26,101 nucleotides of DNA from a virus (Duplodnaviria; Caudoviricetes). This document shows, in pieces, positions 17,429 through 25,309 of this stretch. The number at the start of each line of letters is the position of its first letter. Position 1 is the stretch's first letter. The stretch lies in IMG/VR virus record IMGVR_UViG_3300032235_000331, positions 1 to 26,101 of that record; one strand, written 5' to 3'. The notes beneath the pieces were generated by a model. That model was not told the DNA's origin. It saw nothing but the letters and a program-made list of their open reading frames with translations, and made no database searches. The position numbers and the translations under genes were made by a program.

Positions 17429-19121
17429 TGGGCACTGCTCCTGGGGCTGTTGGGTCACTTCCTTCTGGGAATTGCGGGCCATAAGGGGCTCCTGGTTCGG
17501 TGTAGTTGGCGGCCACTTGTCCCATTGCTGGAGACTTGAGACCGGTCATGATCAGTTCACGCTGCATGTCTTGCTGACGCAAGTCGTTGGCAGCCTGAGC
17601 CTCCTGATCCAATTGTTCTTGGGTCTTCACCAAGTTAGTGGTGTCGATGGACTCAGCCGCTGCAAGTCTGCGAAGAGCTTCATCCAGGTTCAAATACTTC
17701 TGCGCAATCTCAGGGCCAAGGGTCTGGGTAGCAGTGGTAATGAACTGCACCAGCTTGTTGCGATCATCGCCGCGGCCAATGGCTTCCAGGCCAGTCACGG
17801 GCTTGGGATTGACCAGTGGCTGACCACCTTGGCCCTTGGGGAAGGGGGCCAACTTGCGCTGCTTGCGCAGGATGTGCATCAATCGACGCACCAGGGGCAG
17901 CTGTAGCTCCTGCGTAAGGATGCTGTACAGGCCCCCGATGCCTGCCTCCAGCTCCTGTGACATGTAGCGGATCTCTTCCGCGGTCACTCTTTCCCCGGGG
18001 CGCTGGATGGCGGTGTTCAGCAGGAAAGCGAACTGCAGTCGACCCTCGATCCGGTCGATGGTGTTCTGTGCAATGCCCAGGTCCTGTGCCTTCTGGCTCT
18101 GGATGACGGTGACGTCGTTCGCATTGCCTTGGACGATGGCACCGTTAGGTGCATTGGCCAGGGTCCGGGGGCGCGTGGTGCCGTTGGGGTTGACCAGGAA
18201 CAGGATCTTGGCAGCGGCAGCGGCGCCTTCCAGCACCGACTGGTACAGCGATTCAAGGGCCAGCAGGTCGCCGTAATACTCCTCGATGTACGAACGCCCG
18301 TACTCTTCGCCGTCCACGCGGTTAAAGCGCAGGGGGATCCAAGGCGACACGTCCTTGTCGCACATGCCGTGGGTGCCAGGGACTTCCTTGCCCTTTACCT
18401 CTTGCCACCAGTGGCACTTGTCGTTCTCGAACTCGACGTGGGTGACGATGCGCACGGTCTTTTTGGACGACCGTCCCGTGTACTCGTCTGCGTCTTCTTC
18501 CTCGTCGATCTCTGCGTACAGAGCGGGGGGCAAAGCGTCTGGATAGATCTCTTCTTCGACCAGGATTTCCACGACGTTGCCGATGGGATCCCGGCACACC
18601 ACGAACTGGTTGAAGTGGATGACCCGGAGACCCTCTTCGCCGACGTAGAGCAGGATATTGCCGCCCACCAGCAGGTGTTTGAAGGCTTCGTGCATGGCGG
18701 CACGACCACCTGCGGTCTCGAAAACTGACATGACTGCCCGCTCCACCTTGACCAAGGCGGTGTCCAGCTCTGTCTTGATCTCTGGCCCGGCCTCTGCGAC
18801 ACGCAGGGCCAGGTCATCGATCTCGAGCTTGAAGAAGCTGGAGTTAGGGGGGAACAGGCTGATCAGCAGCTTGCTGGCCAGGTAGTTCACCCCCCTGGCG
18901 CCCAGGGATTGGTAAGGGGTCTTGAGGCGACCCCTGTCGTTGAAGCCTGCGTCGGGAATCAGGCCAGGGATGGTGACCTTGCTGCAATCCCGGGCCCGCT
19001 CGAGGAAGGCATCACGGTTGCTGACCAGCTGGCTGTAGCGAGCGGCAGCCGTGCCGGGCTCGTCCTCATTGGAGTAGGGCTTGGCTTGGCGATCAACGCT
19101 GCCAGTCAGGTTCAGTTCCAT
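17373..19121 (-). CDS. Portal / head-tail connector (gp8-like)
   Basis: PYQSLGARGVNYLASKL, GEEYGRSYIEEY and ERVTAEEIR motifs. Confidence 0.97.
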   Translation of the reverse strand: MELNLTGSVDRQAKPYSNEDEPGTAAARYSQLVSNRDAFLERARDCSKVTIPGLIPDAGFNDRGRLKTPYQSLGARGVNYLASKLLISLFPPNSSFFKLEIDDLALRVAEAGPEIKTELDTALVKVERAVMSVFETAGGRAAMHEAFKHLLVGGNILLYVGEEGLRVIHFNQFVVCRDPIGNVVEILVEEEIYPDALPPALYAEIDEEEDADEYTGRSSKKTVRIVTHVEFENDKCHWWQEVKGKEVPGTHGMCDKDVSPWIPLRFNRVDGEEYGRSYIEEYYGDLLALESLYQSVLEGAAAAAKILFLVNPNGTTRPRTLANAPNGAIVQGNANDVTVIQSQKAQDLGIAQNTIDRIEGRLQFAFLLNTAIQRPGERVTAEEIRYMSQELEAGIGGLYSILTQELQLPLVRRLMHILRKQRKLAPFPKGQGGQPLVNPKPVTGLEAIGRGDDRNKLVQFITTATQTLGPEIAQKYLNLDEALRRLAAAESIDTTNLVKTQEQLDQEAQAANDLRQQDMQRELIMTGLKSPAMGQVAANYTEPGAPYGPQFPEGSDPTAPGAVPNALPAAQSQPGLPAGPTG

Positions 19122-19125
19122 TGAC

Positions 19126-19488
19126 TCAAACCCCTGGAATGCTCAAACCACCAGTGCCACCTGCGACGTCTGTGCGCAGCTTTCGGCGGCCGATACCAGC
19201 CCGAATAGCCAGTTCGCCAGCGGCAGTTTGACCAGCAGTGGCGCCAGGCACCCCGGTTGCCGCGGTCGGTGACTCGACGGCCGACATGGCGGCTGTTGCC
19301 ACCTTCTCTGGGGCAGGGGGAGGGGTCGCCATGGCGATAGTCCGCTGCTCTGCCTGTTGCGCCCGTTGAAAAGCCATCTGCTCTTCAAACTGGCGCCGCT
19401 GTTCTTCCATTTGCTGGCGCTGAAGCGCCTCCTGCCGGGCAGATGCCCCGCTGTCACCACCACCACCACCGCCACCACCACCGCACAT
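19126..19488 (-). CDS. gp6.7-like small virion protein
   Basis: MC start, poly-Gly, PPPAP, and C-terminal GRRKLR...GLSIP; directly upstream of the portal gene. Confidence 0.7.
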   Translation of the reverse strand: MCGGGGGGGGGDSGASARQEALQRQQMEEQRRQFEEQMAFQRAQQAEQRTIAMATPPPAPEKVATAAMSAVESPTAATGVPGATAGQTAAGELAIRAGIGRRKLRTDVAGGTGGLSIPGV

Positions 19489-19491
19489 AGG

Positions 19492-19677
19492 TCAAGCCTC
19501 CTCTTGTTGCTCAAGATAAACGGAGCGCAACATGCGCACCACGGACCGTTGGCCCACCATCATCCAGATCAGGCGGTCTGAATCATCGAGATCAGGGCAC
19601 TTCTCTGGAAGCACTTCATCCAGTCGCTGGAGAAGGGCCTCGTCAATGGGAGGCCAGGGTCGGTCGTCGTACATCAT
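19492..19677 (-). CDS. Conserved small hypothetical protein (positional analogue of T7 gp6.5)
   Basis: MMYDDRPWPPIDEALLQRLDEVLPEKCPD...IWMMVGQRSVVRML; TGATG coupling to the endolysin stop sets the start at 19677. Confidence 0.8.
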   Translation of the reverse strand: MMYDDRPWPPIDEALLQRLDEVLPEKCPDLDDSDRLIWMMVGQRSVVRMLRSVYLEQQEEA

Positions 19678-20246
19678 CAATAGTCCCAACGGATGCGTGG
19701 TCGGCCAGGGCGAATGCCGACGTGGATGAACCCCTTGGGCGCCCCATAGCCCAAGGAGTAGGGCCAGGCGCCATCGGCCCACTCTTGGAGGGTGTAGACA
19801 GACACGCCGTCGACGTAGAAATCCAGCGCACCCGTGTCAGGCGCGTCGTATAAGTGCTCCGAACGGCTGGCGCCACCGACCATGGCGTTGATCTTGGCAG
19901 GCCGATAACCGCTGGTGACAATGACAGGCTTGTTGAAACGGTCCCTGGCCTTCTGGGCGAACTGACAGATCAGTGCGGCCGTGTCGCACTGGTGCTGCGC
20001 GACGAAGCGCCTGGACTCTGACTGCAGTGCGATCTCCCCATAGGTGATGTTTGGGGTGATCTTGTAAGAAAAGGCGGAACTTGGCTTGAACTGCCCTTGC
20101 TTTACGGGCGGATCTGACCGGTAAAGGTCCGCAAACGCCTTCAGCTGCTCTTCCGAGAGGTGCGATTGCAGCTGATTCCATGCTGCGATCTGATGGCTGA
20201 GGTTTTTGAAGTGCTTTGCAGCGTCAACCAGCTGAATTGCGGACAT
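19677..20246 (-). CDS. Endolysin, peptidase M15 family Zn peptidase
   Basis: VTSGYRP...N..VGGASRSEH...ALDF...FIHVG motif set; N-terminal LVDAAKHF...HQIAAWN segment typical of cyanophage lysins. Confidence 0.9.
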   Translation of the reverse strand: MSAIQLVDAAKHFKNLSHQIAAWNQLQSHLSEEQLKAFADLYRSDPPVKQGQFKPSSAFSYKITPNITYGEIALQSESRRFVAQHQCDTAALICQFAQKARDRFNKPVIVTSGYRPAKINAMVGGASRSEHLYDAPDTGALDFYVDGVSVYTLQEWADGAWPYSLGYGAPKGFIHVGIRPGRPRIRWDY

Positions 20247-20484
20247 TGGTTACCGGCTCCTTAGGAAAGATTTGAACATTTGTGACCTGAAACGGCAACT
20301 CCTCCCACACGTCACAGCCCATTGCCACTTCCCACGCCATGTCTTCGGTTGGGGCGATGACAATGGTCTGGAACGACCCCTTCGCAACGGTGCCAGCGGG
20401 CCCGACAAAGGCCCCAGGCAGCCGAATGACCCAGGCCCTAGGCCTGTTGGGTAGCTCGTTGGGGCATCCAGGTTCCTTTGCCAT
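20224..20484 (-). CDS. Hypothetical protein
   Basis: Fills the TerL-endolysin gap with short overlaps at both ends; likely ATG at 20484. Confidence 0.65.
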   Translation of the reverse strand: MAKEPGCPNELPNRPRAWVIRLPGAFVGPAGTVAKGSFQTIVIAPTEDMAWEVAMGCDVWEELPFQVTNVQIFPKEPVTNVRNSAG

Positions 20485-22183
20485 TGGCTTTCGGAAGGTC
20501 AGTAAGAGCAATGCCAAGAAACTGCGCGTCAAGGGCCCCATCAAGGTTCCCCATGAAGGCATCCAACTCAAGATCCCAGAGTTCCGCCTTCCGTTCAGCG
20601 ATGGCACGGTCTTTGTCGATTGCAAGGGACTCGTTCCAATACTGAACGGCTCCGGCCAGGGCGTCTAGGCGGTCATCATGCTGAAGGCAGTTCTTCTCGA
20701 CCGTGAGGTGGGTGAGCTGATGGAACAGCTGGTAGCCCAGCTTGATCTCAGCTGCGTCTTCATCCCGGCCGCGGCTGTCTCCTTCGACGACAGAGCGGTT
20801 GACGATCAGTCGGTGCTGGTTGAGGACAGGCTCCAGGGCCGAAATGATGCGCCGTTCCTTCTGGATGTTTGACCGCACCGGCTCAATGGTGCAGGGGTGA
20901 TGGACCTGCAGGTGTGGCTTGAGCAGGGACTCGAGCATCCCTTGGCCGAACTGGTCCTCCAGCAGGATCAGGTTGACGCTATGGCGTTTGGCAGCCTTGG
21001 CCAGGCCTTCCAGGACGACGTCGGTGTAACCCTCTCGGTAGGCCCCCACCTCCAAGACAAACAGGTTGCCGTTGAGGTGGGCAACGATGGCGTAGGCGGT
21101 CTCGTCAGCACCACGACCAGAAGGGTCAATGAACATGGCGCAGCCTTGGAAGGGCAGCCATTCGCCGTGGATATAGGCCGGGCGGTGGTAGTAGTCCCCG
21201 CTGAAGCCAACAGCTGGCAGGTCCGTGATGCGGAACTCAGCGCCAGAGGACCACACCAGCTTCTCTGGGGCGTGATCACTGACCTCCATGACCATGAGAT
21301 CCGACAGGCGCAGCGGGAACCGCTCCAGGTCGGAGAGCGACGTGTCCAGCTGGAACTGCAACGCAAAGGCTGACCGGCCATAGCTGACCTCCCGCTCGAG
21401 AAGATCCATCTCTGAAAAGCGGCCCGGATCAACCGGCTTGCCTTTCAGCTCAACGCAGCTCTCACGGACGACAGGTGCCAGCAGATCGCCGTATTTCTCC
21501 GGCTTATCGGGGTAACGAGCAGGCCAGATCCGAGCAGTGAAGCCCTTGTGCAGCAGCTTGTTGTAGATCGACTCCTCTGTCTGAGGGGTGCCCAGGTACA
21601 GCACCTGCCCACCTGGCTTGAGGATGGCGTTGTATTCGCCAACAGCAGCCAGCAGCTTCTCCCGCATCCCGACAGACCACGACGTCGTCGGTGTCTCGAT
21701 GTCGTCCGGGATGATCAGGTCAGCACGGGAGCCAGTGATCTGGCCGAAGATGCCAACCGACTTGACCGAAGGGCTCTTGTCTGGCCTGGCAGGACCCACG
21801 TCAAAAGCATTGACAGCTGACCGTTGCTCCTCGCGCTTGGGTTCCAAGCACTTGAGGATGGCCATGTCTCGAATCAACTGGAGACAGAAGGTGGTGAAGT
21901 TCTTGGCCTCTGCACCCGATGCAGAGTTGACCATGATCTTCAGCTGTGGATCCAGGCGCAGCTTCCACAGCACAAAGGCCGCGGCCATCCACGACTTACC
22001 AACACCCCGATAGCCCTCGATGATCCGTCGCTTGGGGCCATGCTGCATGTACTCAGCAATGTCCAACTGGATGGGTGTCGGGTCAGGCAGTCCCAGATGC
22101 TTCCAGACGACACAGAGCCAGTAGCGGAAATCAGAGCAGTAGGGCTCTGGAAGGTCCTGCCATGCCGAGGCCTTGTAGACCAT
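20438..22183 (-). CDS. terL: Terminase large subunit (T7 gp19-like)
   Basis: Walker A GYRGVGKS, ITGSRADLIIPDDIE, LGTPQTE, nuclease motifs IDPSGRGADET and HDDRLDALA. Confidence 0.98.
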   Translation of the reverse strand: MVYKASAWQDLPEPYCSDFRYWLCVVWKHLGLPDPTPIQLDIAEYMQHGPKRRIIEGYRGVGKSWMAAAFVLWKLRLDPQLKIMVNSASGAEAKNFTTFCLQLIRDMAILKCLEPKREEQRSAVNAFDVGPARPDKSPSVKSVGIFGQITGSRADLIIPDDIETPTTSWSVGMREKLLAAVGEYNAILKPGGQVLYLGTPQTEESIYNKLLHKGFTARIWPARYPDKPEKYGDLLAPVVRESCVELKGKPVDPGRFSEMDLLEREVSYGRSAFALQFQLDTSLSDLERFPLRLSDLMVMEVSDHAPEKLVWSSGAEFRITDLPAVGFSGDYYHRPAYIHGEWLPFQGCAMFIDPSGRGADETAYAIVAHLNGNLFVLEVGAYREGYTDVVLEGLAKAAKRHSVNLILLEDQFGQGMLESLLKPHLQVHHPCTIEPVRSNIQKERRIISALEPVLNQHRLIVNRSVVEGDSRGRDEDAAEIKLGYQLFHQLTHLTVEKNCLQHDDRLDALAGAVQYWNESLAIDKDRAIAERKAELWDLELDAFMGNLDGALDAQFLGIALTDLPKANGKGTWMPQRATQQA

Positions 22184-22422
22184 CAGGCCGACTTACGACG
22201 CGGCATGTGGATCACCTTGTCCAGGTCCTCAACAGCTGCCACCAACTCCCCAAACGGTGTGCCTTCAACCGGTTGAGCACTGATCTGGTTGTCCTTGAGG
22301 AACTGACGCAGGATGTTCAGTTCACCGGTGGTGATGGTGCCGTCTTCCATCTTCTGCTGCAACAGCAACGCCAGGCCCATGTGGAGGTCGGCCAGTTGTT
22401 CGTTGATGTCGTGAGCAGCCAT
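22183..22422 (-). CDS. terS: Terminase small subunit (T7 gp18-like)
   Basis: LADLH...ELNILRQFLKDNQI motif; TGATG coupling to terL; ATG at 22422. Confidence 0.9.
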   Translation of the reverse strand: MAAHDINEQLADLHMGLALLLQQKMEDGTITTGELNILRQFLKDNQISAQPVEGTPFGELVAAVEDLDKVIHMPRRKSA

Positions 22423-22497
22423 GGAACGACGTCTCTGTCTTTCAATTCTGAGGGGCCTCGGCAAGAAGGCCCCCAGGTCAGTACCCACCACAGGCAC

Positions 22498-22947
22498 CTA
22501 CCCAACGACTGGTTCGGCGCAGCGTTGGACCAGCTCACTGTAGGGCTCTGCGCCACCATCCTCGACTGGCGCCTTGTAGCGGCTTGCCGCCTTGGCCCTC
22601 TCACTGGCCGGGCCAAGGACCTTCAAGGCCTCTCTCTGCGCCTCTAGGTGGTCTGGGTGCGTGACCCGATAACGACGCTTCCAGTGGCCTTCCCTGGTGG
22701 GCACCATGTGCAAGAACTGGATCAGCCCGTCATCCAGCAACAGGTCGACAGCACGGATCACCGTGGTGTTCGACATGTGGCACAGATCTGCCAAAGCCTT
22801 GTGGCTCAGTGTGGTCGTCCCGCCGCACTCACCCCTACGGTCATGCCAGGCCGCCTCCCACATGACGGCATAGACGGCCCCGCATTCACGACCCAGCTCA
22901 AAGGCCTGCCTCATCGGCGGACAGGCTTCAGCCAGCAAAACTGCCAT
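22498..22947 (-). CDS. Winged helix-turn-helix DNA-binding protein
   Basis: LSHKALADLCHMSNTTVIRAVDLLLDDGLI followed by a wing ending KRRYRV. Confidence 0.8.
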   Translation of the reverse strand: MAVLLAEACPPMRQAFELGRECGAVYAVMWEAAWHDRRGECGGTTTLSHKALADLCHMSNTTVIRAVDLLLDDGLIQFLHMVPTREGHWKRRYRVTHPDHLEAQREALKVLGPASERAKAASRYKAPVEDGGAEPYSELVQRCAEPVVG

Positions 22948-23104
22948 GCCCTACTCAGGAGTAGACAGACTATAGAAGGCAGGCTTGCCCAGGTAAAAAG
23001 GGCAGCTCTGCTGCCCGCCACAGGCTCACCGCGTAGCCAGGAGCAAGTGCCGGTCCCCGACCGGCCGCAGCTCCCCTACCAACGAACCAAACTTCCCCAC
23101 TCCC

Positions 23105-23113
23105 TGTGGATAA
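23105..23113 (-). promoter_or_regulatory. Perfect DnaA box
   Basis: TGTGGATAA on the plus strand equals TTATCCACA on the minus strand; lies in non-coding DNA. Confidence 0.5.
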
Positions 23114-23172
23114 CAGCCAGCAGCCATAAGACGGCTGCCGCCGGTCGTCTAACAGCCAACAGCCAGCAGCCA
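23113..23172 (+). repeat. RCAGCCA heptamer arrays (2 + 3 copies)
   Basis: ACAGCCA-GCAGCCA at 23113 and ACAGCCA-ACAGCCA-GCAGCCA at 23152. Confidence 0.8.
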
Positions 23173-23272
23173 GTTGGCCCCTCCCTCACCCCGTCACGGG
23201 GCTTAAGAGGGTTCACCTAAGGCCATCCCCATCACACCTGCGTCGTACTTGAGACGGCTCGCTTTTGATCCG

Positions 23273-23357
23273 GAAAATGCGAGGGGCTTTGACCCAGGTC
23301 AACTTTTCTGATCCGAAAATCTCAGGGGCTTTTTTGCCGGGAAAATCCCAGGGGCTT
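23273..23357 (+). repeat. Three 17-bp direct repeats GAAAATnnnAGGGGCTT
   Basis: Copies at 23273, 23315 and 23341, each preceded by a T-run and CC(G). Confidence 0.88.
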
Positions 23358-23400
23358 ACGCCTATAGCGTCCCCGGCCACTACCCCCCTAGGGGGTGCCT
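23342..23400 (+). other. Putative start of direct terminal repeat / terminase cut region
   Basis: AAAATCCCAG-31 nt-CCCCCCTAGGGGGTGCC resembles, from memory, the T7 terminal-repeat start (AAATCTGAG...CCCCCATAGGGGGTACC). Confidence 0.55.
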
Positions 23401-23850
23401 GTCGGGCCCCTACAGAGGCCCCAGGGGGTGCCTGCTTGTCCAATGGACAGGGCCTGCCCCAGTGGACACCAGTTGTACCAAGGGGTCTGGTGGGCCTGCG
23501 TACCTGTGGCAAAGGCAGGTGCGCAGGGCTGGACAGGGCGTCGCCCTGGTGGCCACCGGCAGGTGGGGTGGCAGGGGCTGGGCTGGGGCGGCCTGGGCTC
23601 TATTGATTGAGTCGTGAGCCGCCCTGTGCCTGAACTAAGCCAGGGTCCAACCACGGCAAACCCCAACCAACCCCAGGACGTGAAGAGATATGACGATTGA
23701 AACGCCGAGGGTCTGACCAGCCCACAGATCACCAGATCTGGTGGATAGGGTGGGGGGAGCTTCCAGCCCCAAGGCCGGAGGCGTACCCACCACCCGGCAA
23801 AGCGGCAGCCCGCCAGGGCTGACGGTTTGACCGGTCCCGCACCTAGGCAA

Positions 23851-24009
23851 ATGAACGTGACGATGCGCTCCTCGAAGGAGGAGCTGGCGACTGCTGCTGT
23901 CGAGATGATCGACACGCAGCAGGAGCGGATAGATGTGCTGCAACAGCAGCAAATGGCCCTGTGGGCCCTGGTGGCCGTGCTGGCTTCCCTCCTTCTGGTG
24001 GGGGCCTGA
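23851..24009 (+). CDS. Small early protein with coiled coil and C-terminal TM helix
   Basis: MNVTMRSSKEELATAAVEMIDTQQERIDVLQQQQMALWALVAVLASLLLVGA; coupled to the next gene by TGATG. Confidence 0.75.
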   Translation: MNVTMRSSKEELATAAVEMIDTQQERIDVLQQQQMALWALVAVLASLLLVGA

Positions 24010-24284
24010 TGTACGCCATTGACCTGACAGAGGAGCAGCTGCGTTTCTTGCACGCGGCATTGATCCAAGCGGCCAACCACAGCCGCTCAATGCAAGACGA
24101 GCACCTGACAAGGCATGAAAGCCCCGACCTGCCCATGTCGGCCCGGTCCTTCTATTGGGACCGGTACCGGGCATGGGCCAAGGTCGAGCACCAAGCCATT
24201 GACCTGGCCAACCAGCTTGAAGGTGACCGGCGCTTTGGGATCGAGGCTTACCGGTTAACCGGCGGCAGCCTCACAACCGACTGA
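24009..24284 (+). CDS. Hypothetical early protein
   Basis: ATG at 24009 overlaps the previous stop; 91 aa starting MYAIDLTEEQLRFLH. Confidence 0.75.
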   Translation: MYAIDLTEEQLRFLHAALIQAANHSRSMQDEHLTRHESPDLPMSARSFYWDRYRAWAKVEHQAIDLANQLEGDRRFGIEAYRLTGGSLTTD

Positions 24285-24354
24285 TGCCAGCACTGAGGGG
24301 AGCTTGCTCCCTTCTCTGCTGCCTTTATCGGCAGCCCATTACACGTTCCGAACC

Positions 24355-24855
24355 ATGACAACCAAAGAAAAGACAGAACAGCTCAGCCCGGCCGAGCAGA
24401 ACGGCAGGGGGTGGATTGAATCCATCGCCGCGGCCTATGAGGCCCACCAGTTCTGCGCCTCAGGGTTCCACACCCTGAGCCAGGCCGGCTGTGACCTCTC
24501 GAGGGAGGCCAGGGCTTGCCTGCGAGAGCACGGTTACGACGGCACCAATCACGACGTGGTGACCGAATGGATTGAGGATGCGATGCGGGAGGCACCGTTG
24601 AGCGTTGAAATCAGAGAGGGGTGGAAGGGCCCCGGCGATGGTGCATCCCTAGACCCTGAGGAGTTCCGGGTGCTGCTCAGCACCGGCGGCCCTGCCTTGC
24701 GGATCAAGGGCGAACTCAACCACGGTGAACCATCTTGTTGCTGGCTTGAGATTCAGGACTGGGGCACGCCTTGGACCCGGATGTTTAGCCAGCACGAGTA
24801 CGAAGCCAACGCCCTCCGCTGGTTTGCCGGCCTCTTCTACTACGGGGAGGGTTGA
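24355..24855 (+). CDS. Conserved phage early protein of unknown function
   Basis: ATG at 24355; motifs PLSVEIREGW, EEFRVLLSTGGPALRIKGEL and LEIQDWGTPW. Confidence 0.85.
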   Translation: MTTKEKTEQLSPAEQNGRGWIESIAAAYEAHQFCASGFHTLSQAGCDLSREARACLREHGYDGTNHDVVTEWIEDAMREAPLSVEIREGWKGPGDGASLDPEEFRVLLSTGGPALRIKGELNHGEPSCCWLEIQDWGTPWTRMFSQHEYEANALRWFAGLFYYGEG

Positions 24856-24859
24856 GCCG

Positions 24860-24997
24860 ATGCTGAGCCGTTCACTGCCGACGCTGGCCGCTGTGCTGGC
24901 GTCGTCCTTTCTATGGGCCCTTGCCATGCAAGAGCTGGCCCTTCAGCCGGTGACCAATACCGGCACGCAACCGACGCACCGGGCCCCGCAACAGTGA
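24860..24997 (+). CDS. Small hydrophobic peptide
   Basis: MLSRSLPTLAAVLASSFLWALAMQELALQP...; ATG 4 nt after the previous stop. Confidence 0.6.
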   Translation: MLSRSLPTLAAVLASSFLWALAMQELALQPVTNTGTQPTHRAPQQ

Positions 24998-25134
24998 GGC
25001 CCGGCCACGTCGTCCTGACTGCGCTGGTGATGGCTGCCCTCTGGGCGGCCACGCTGGCGCCACTCATGCCCACCCACCACAGAGAACCAAACCATGACGC
25101 ACTTCATCTACGCCCACGACCAGGGCACCGTTGA
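24994..25134 (+). CDS. Small hydrophobic peptide
   Basis: GTGA overlap with the previous gene; MRPGHVVLTALVMAALWAATLAPLMP... Confidence 0.5.
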   Translation: MRPGHVVLTALVMAALWAATLAPLMPTHHREPNHDALHLRPRPGHR

Positions 25135-25309
25135 TTTCATTGACAGCCACAGCACCAAGGCGGGAGCGATGGCTCACGTCAACCGCCTTAAGGCTGAGTT
25201 CAATCGGCACCCCAGCTGGTTTGATTACGCCTGCCCTTGGTTTGAGATCAGCACCGTCCCTCCATACCAGGAGACGTACACCTTCCCCGACATGTCGGGT
25301 ATGGGTTGA
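25094..25309 (+). CDS. Hypothetical early protein
   Basis: 71-aa ORF with an A/C-rich leader (GAACCAAACC-ATG) like neighbouring genes. Confidence 0.7.
   Translation: MTHFIYAHDQGTVDFIDSHSTKAGAMAHVNRLKAEFNRHPSWFDYACPWFEISTVPPYQETYTFPDMSGMG

Noticed and set aside
19456-19482. (GGT)n microsatellite
   Set aside because: An in-frame poly-Gly linker with no frameshifting potential.
22452-22474. GC hairpin between wHTH and terS as a terminator
   Set aside because: The stem is present but there is no U-tract on the coding strand; function unclear.
232-22900. Many long plus-strand ORFs (e.g. 3773-5335, 2771-3769, 5277-6257, 15328-16326, 16461-17333)
   Set aside because: Antisense shadows of well-supported minus-strand genes in high-GC DNA; no recognisable motifs.
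23262-23360. Mini-CRISPR array
   Set aside because: Repeats are 17 bp with variable cores, gaps are 25 and 9 nt, and no cas genes are present.
22948-23830. ORFs 23213-23512, 23265-23606, 23388-24080 and 23395-23610
   Set aside because: Low-complexity Pro/Gly/Arg translations across repeats; better explained as non-coding terminal DNA.
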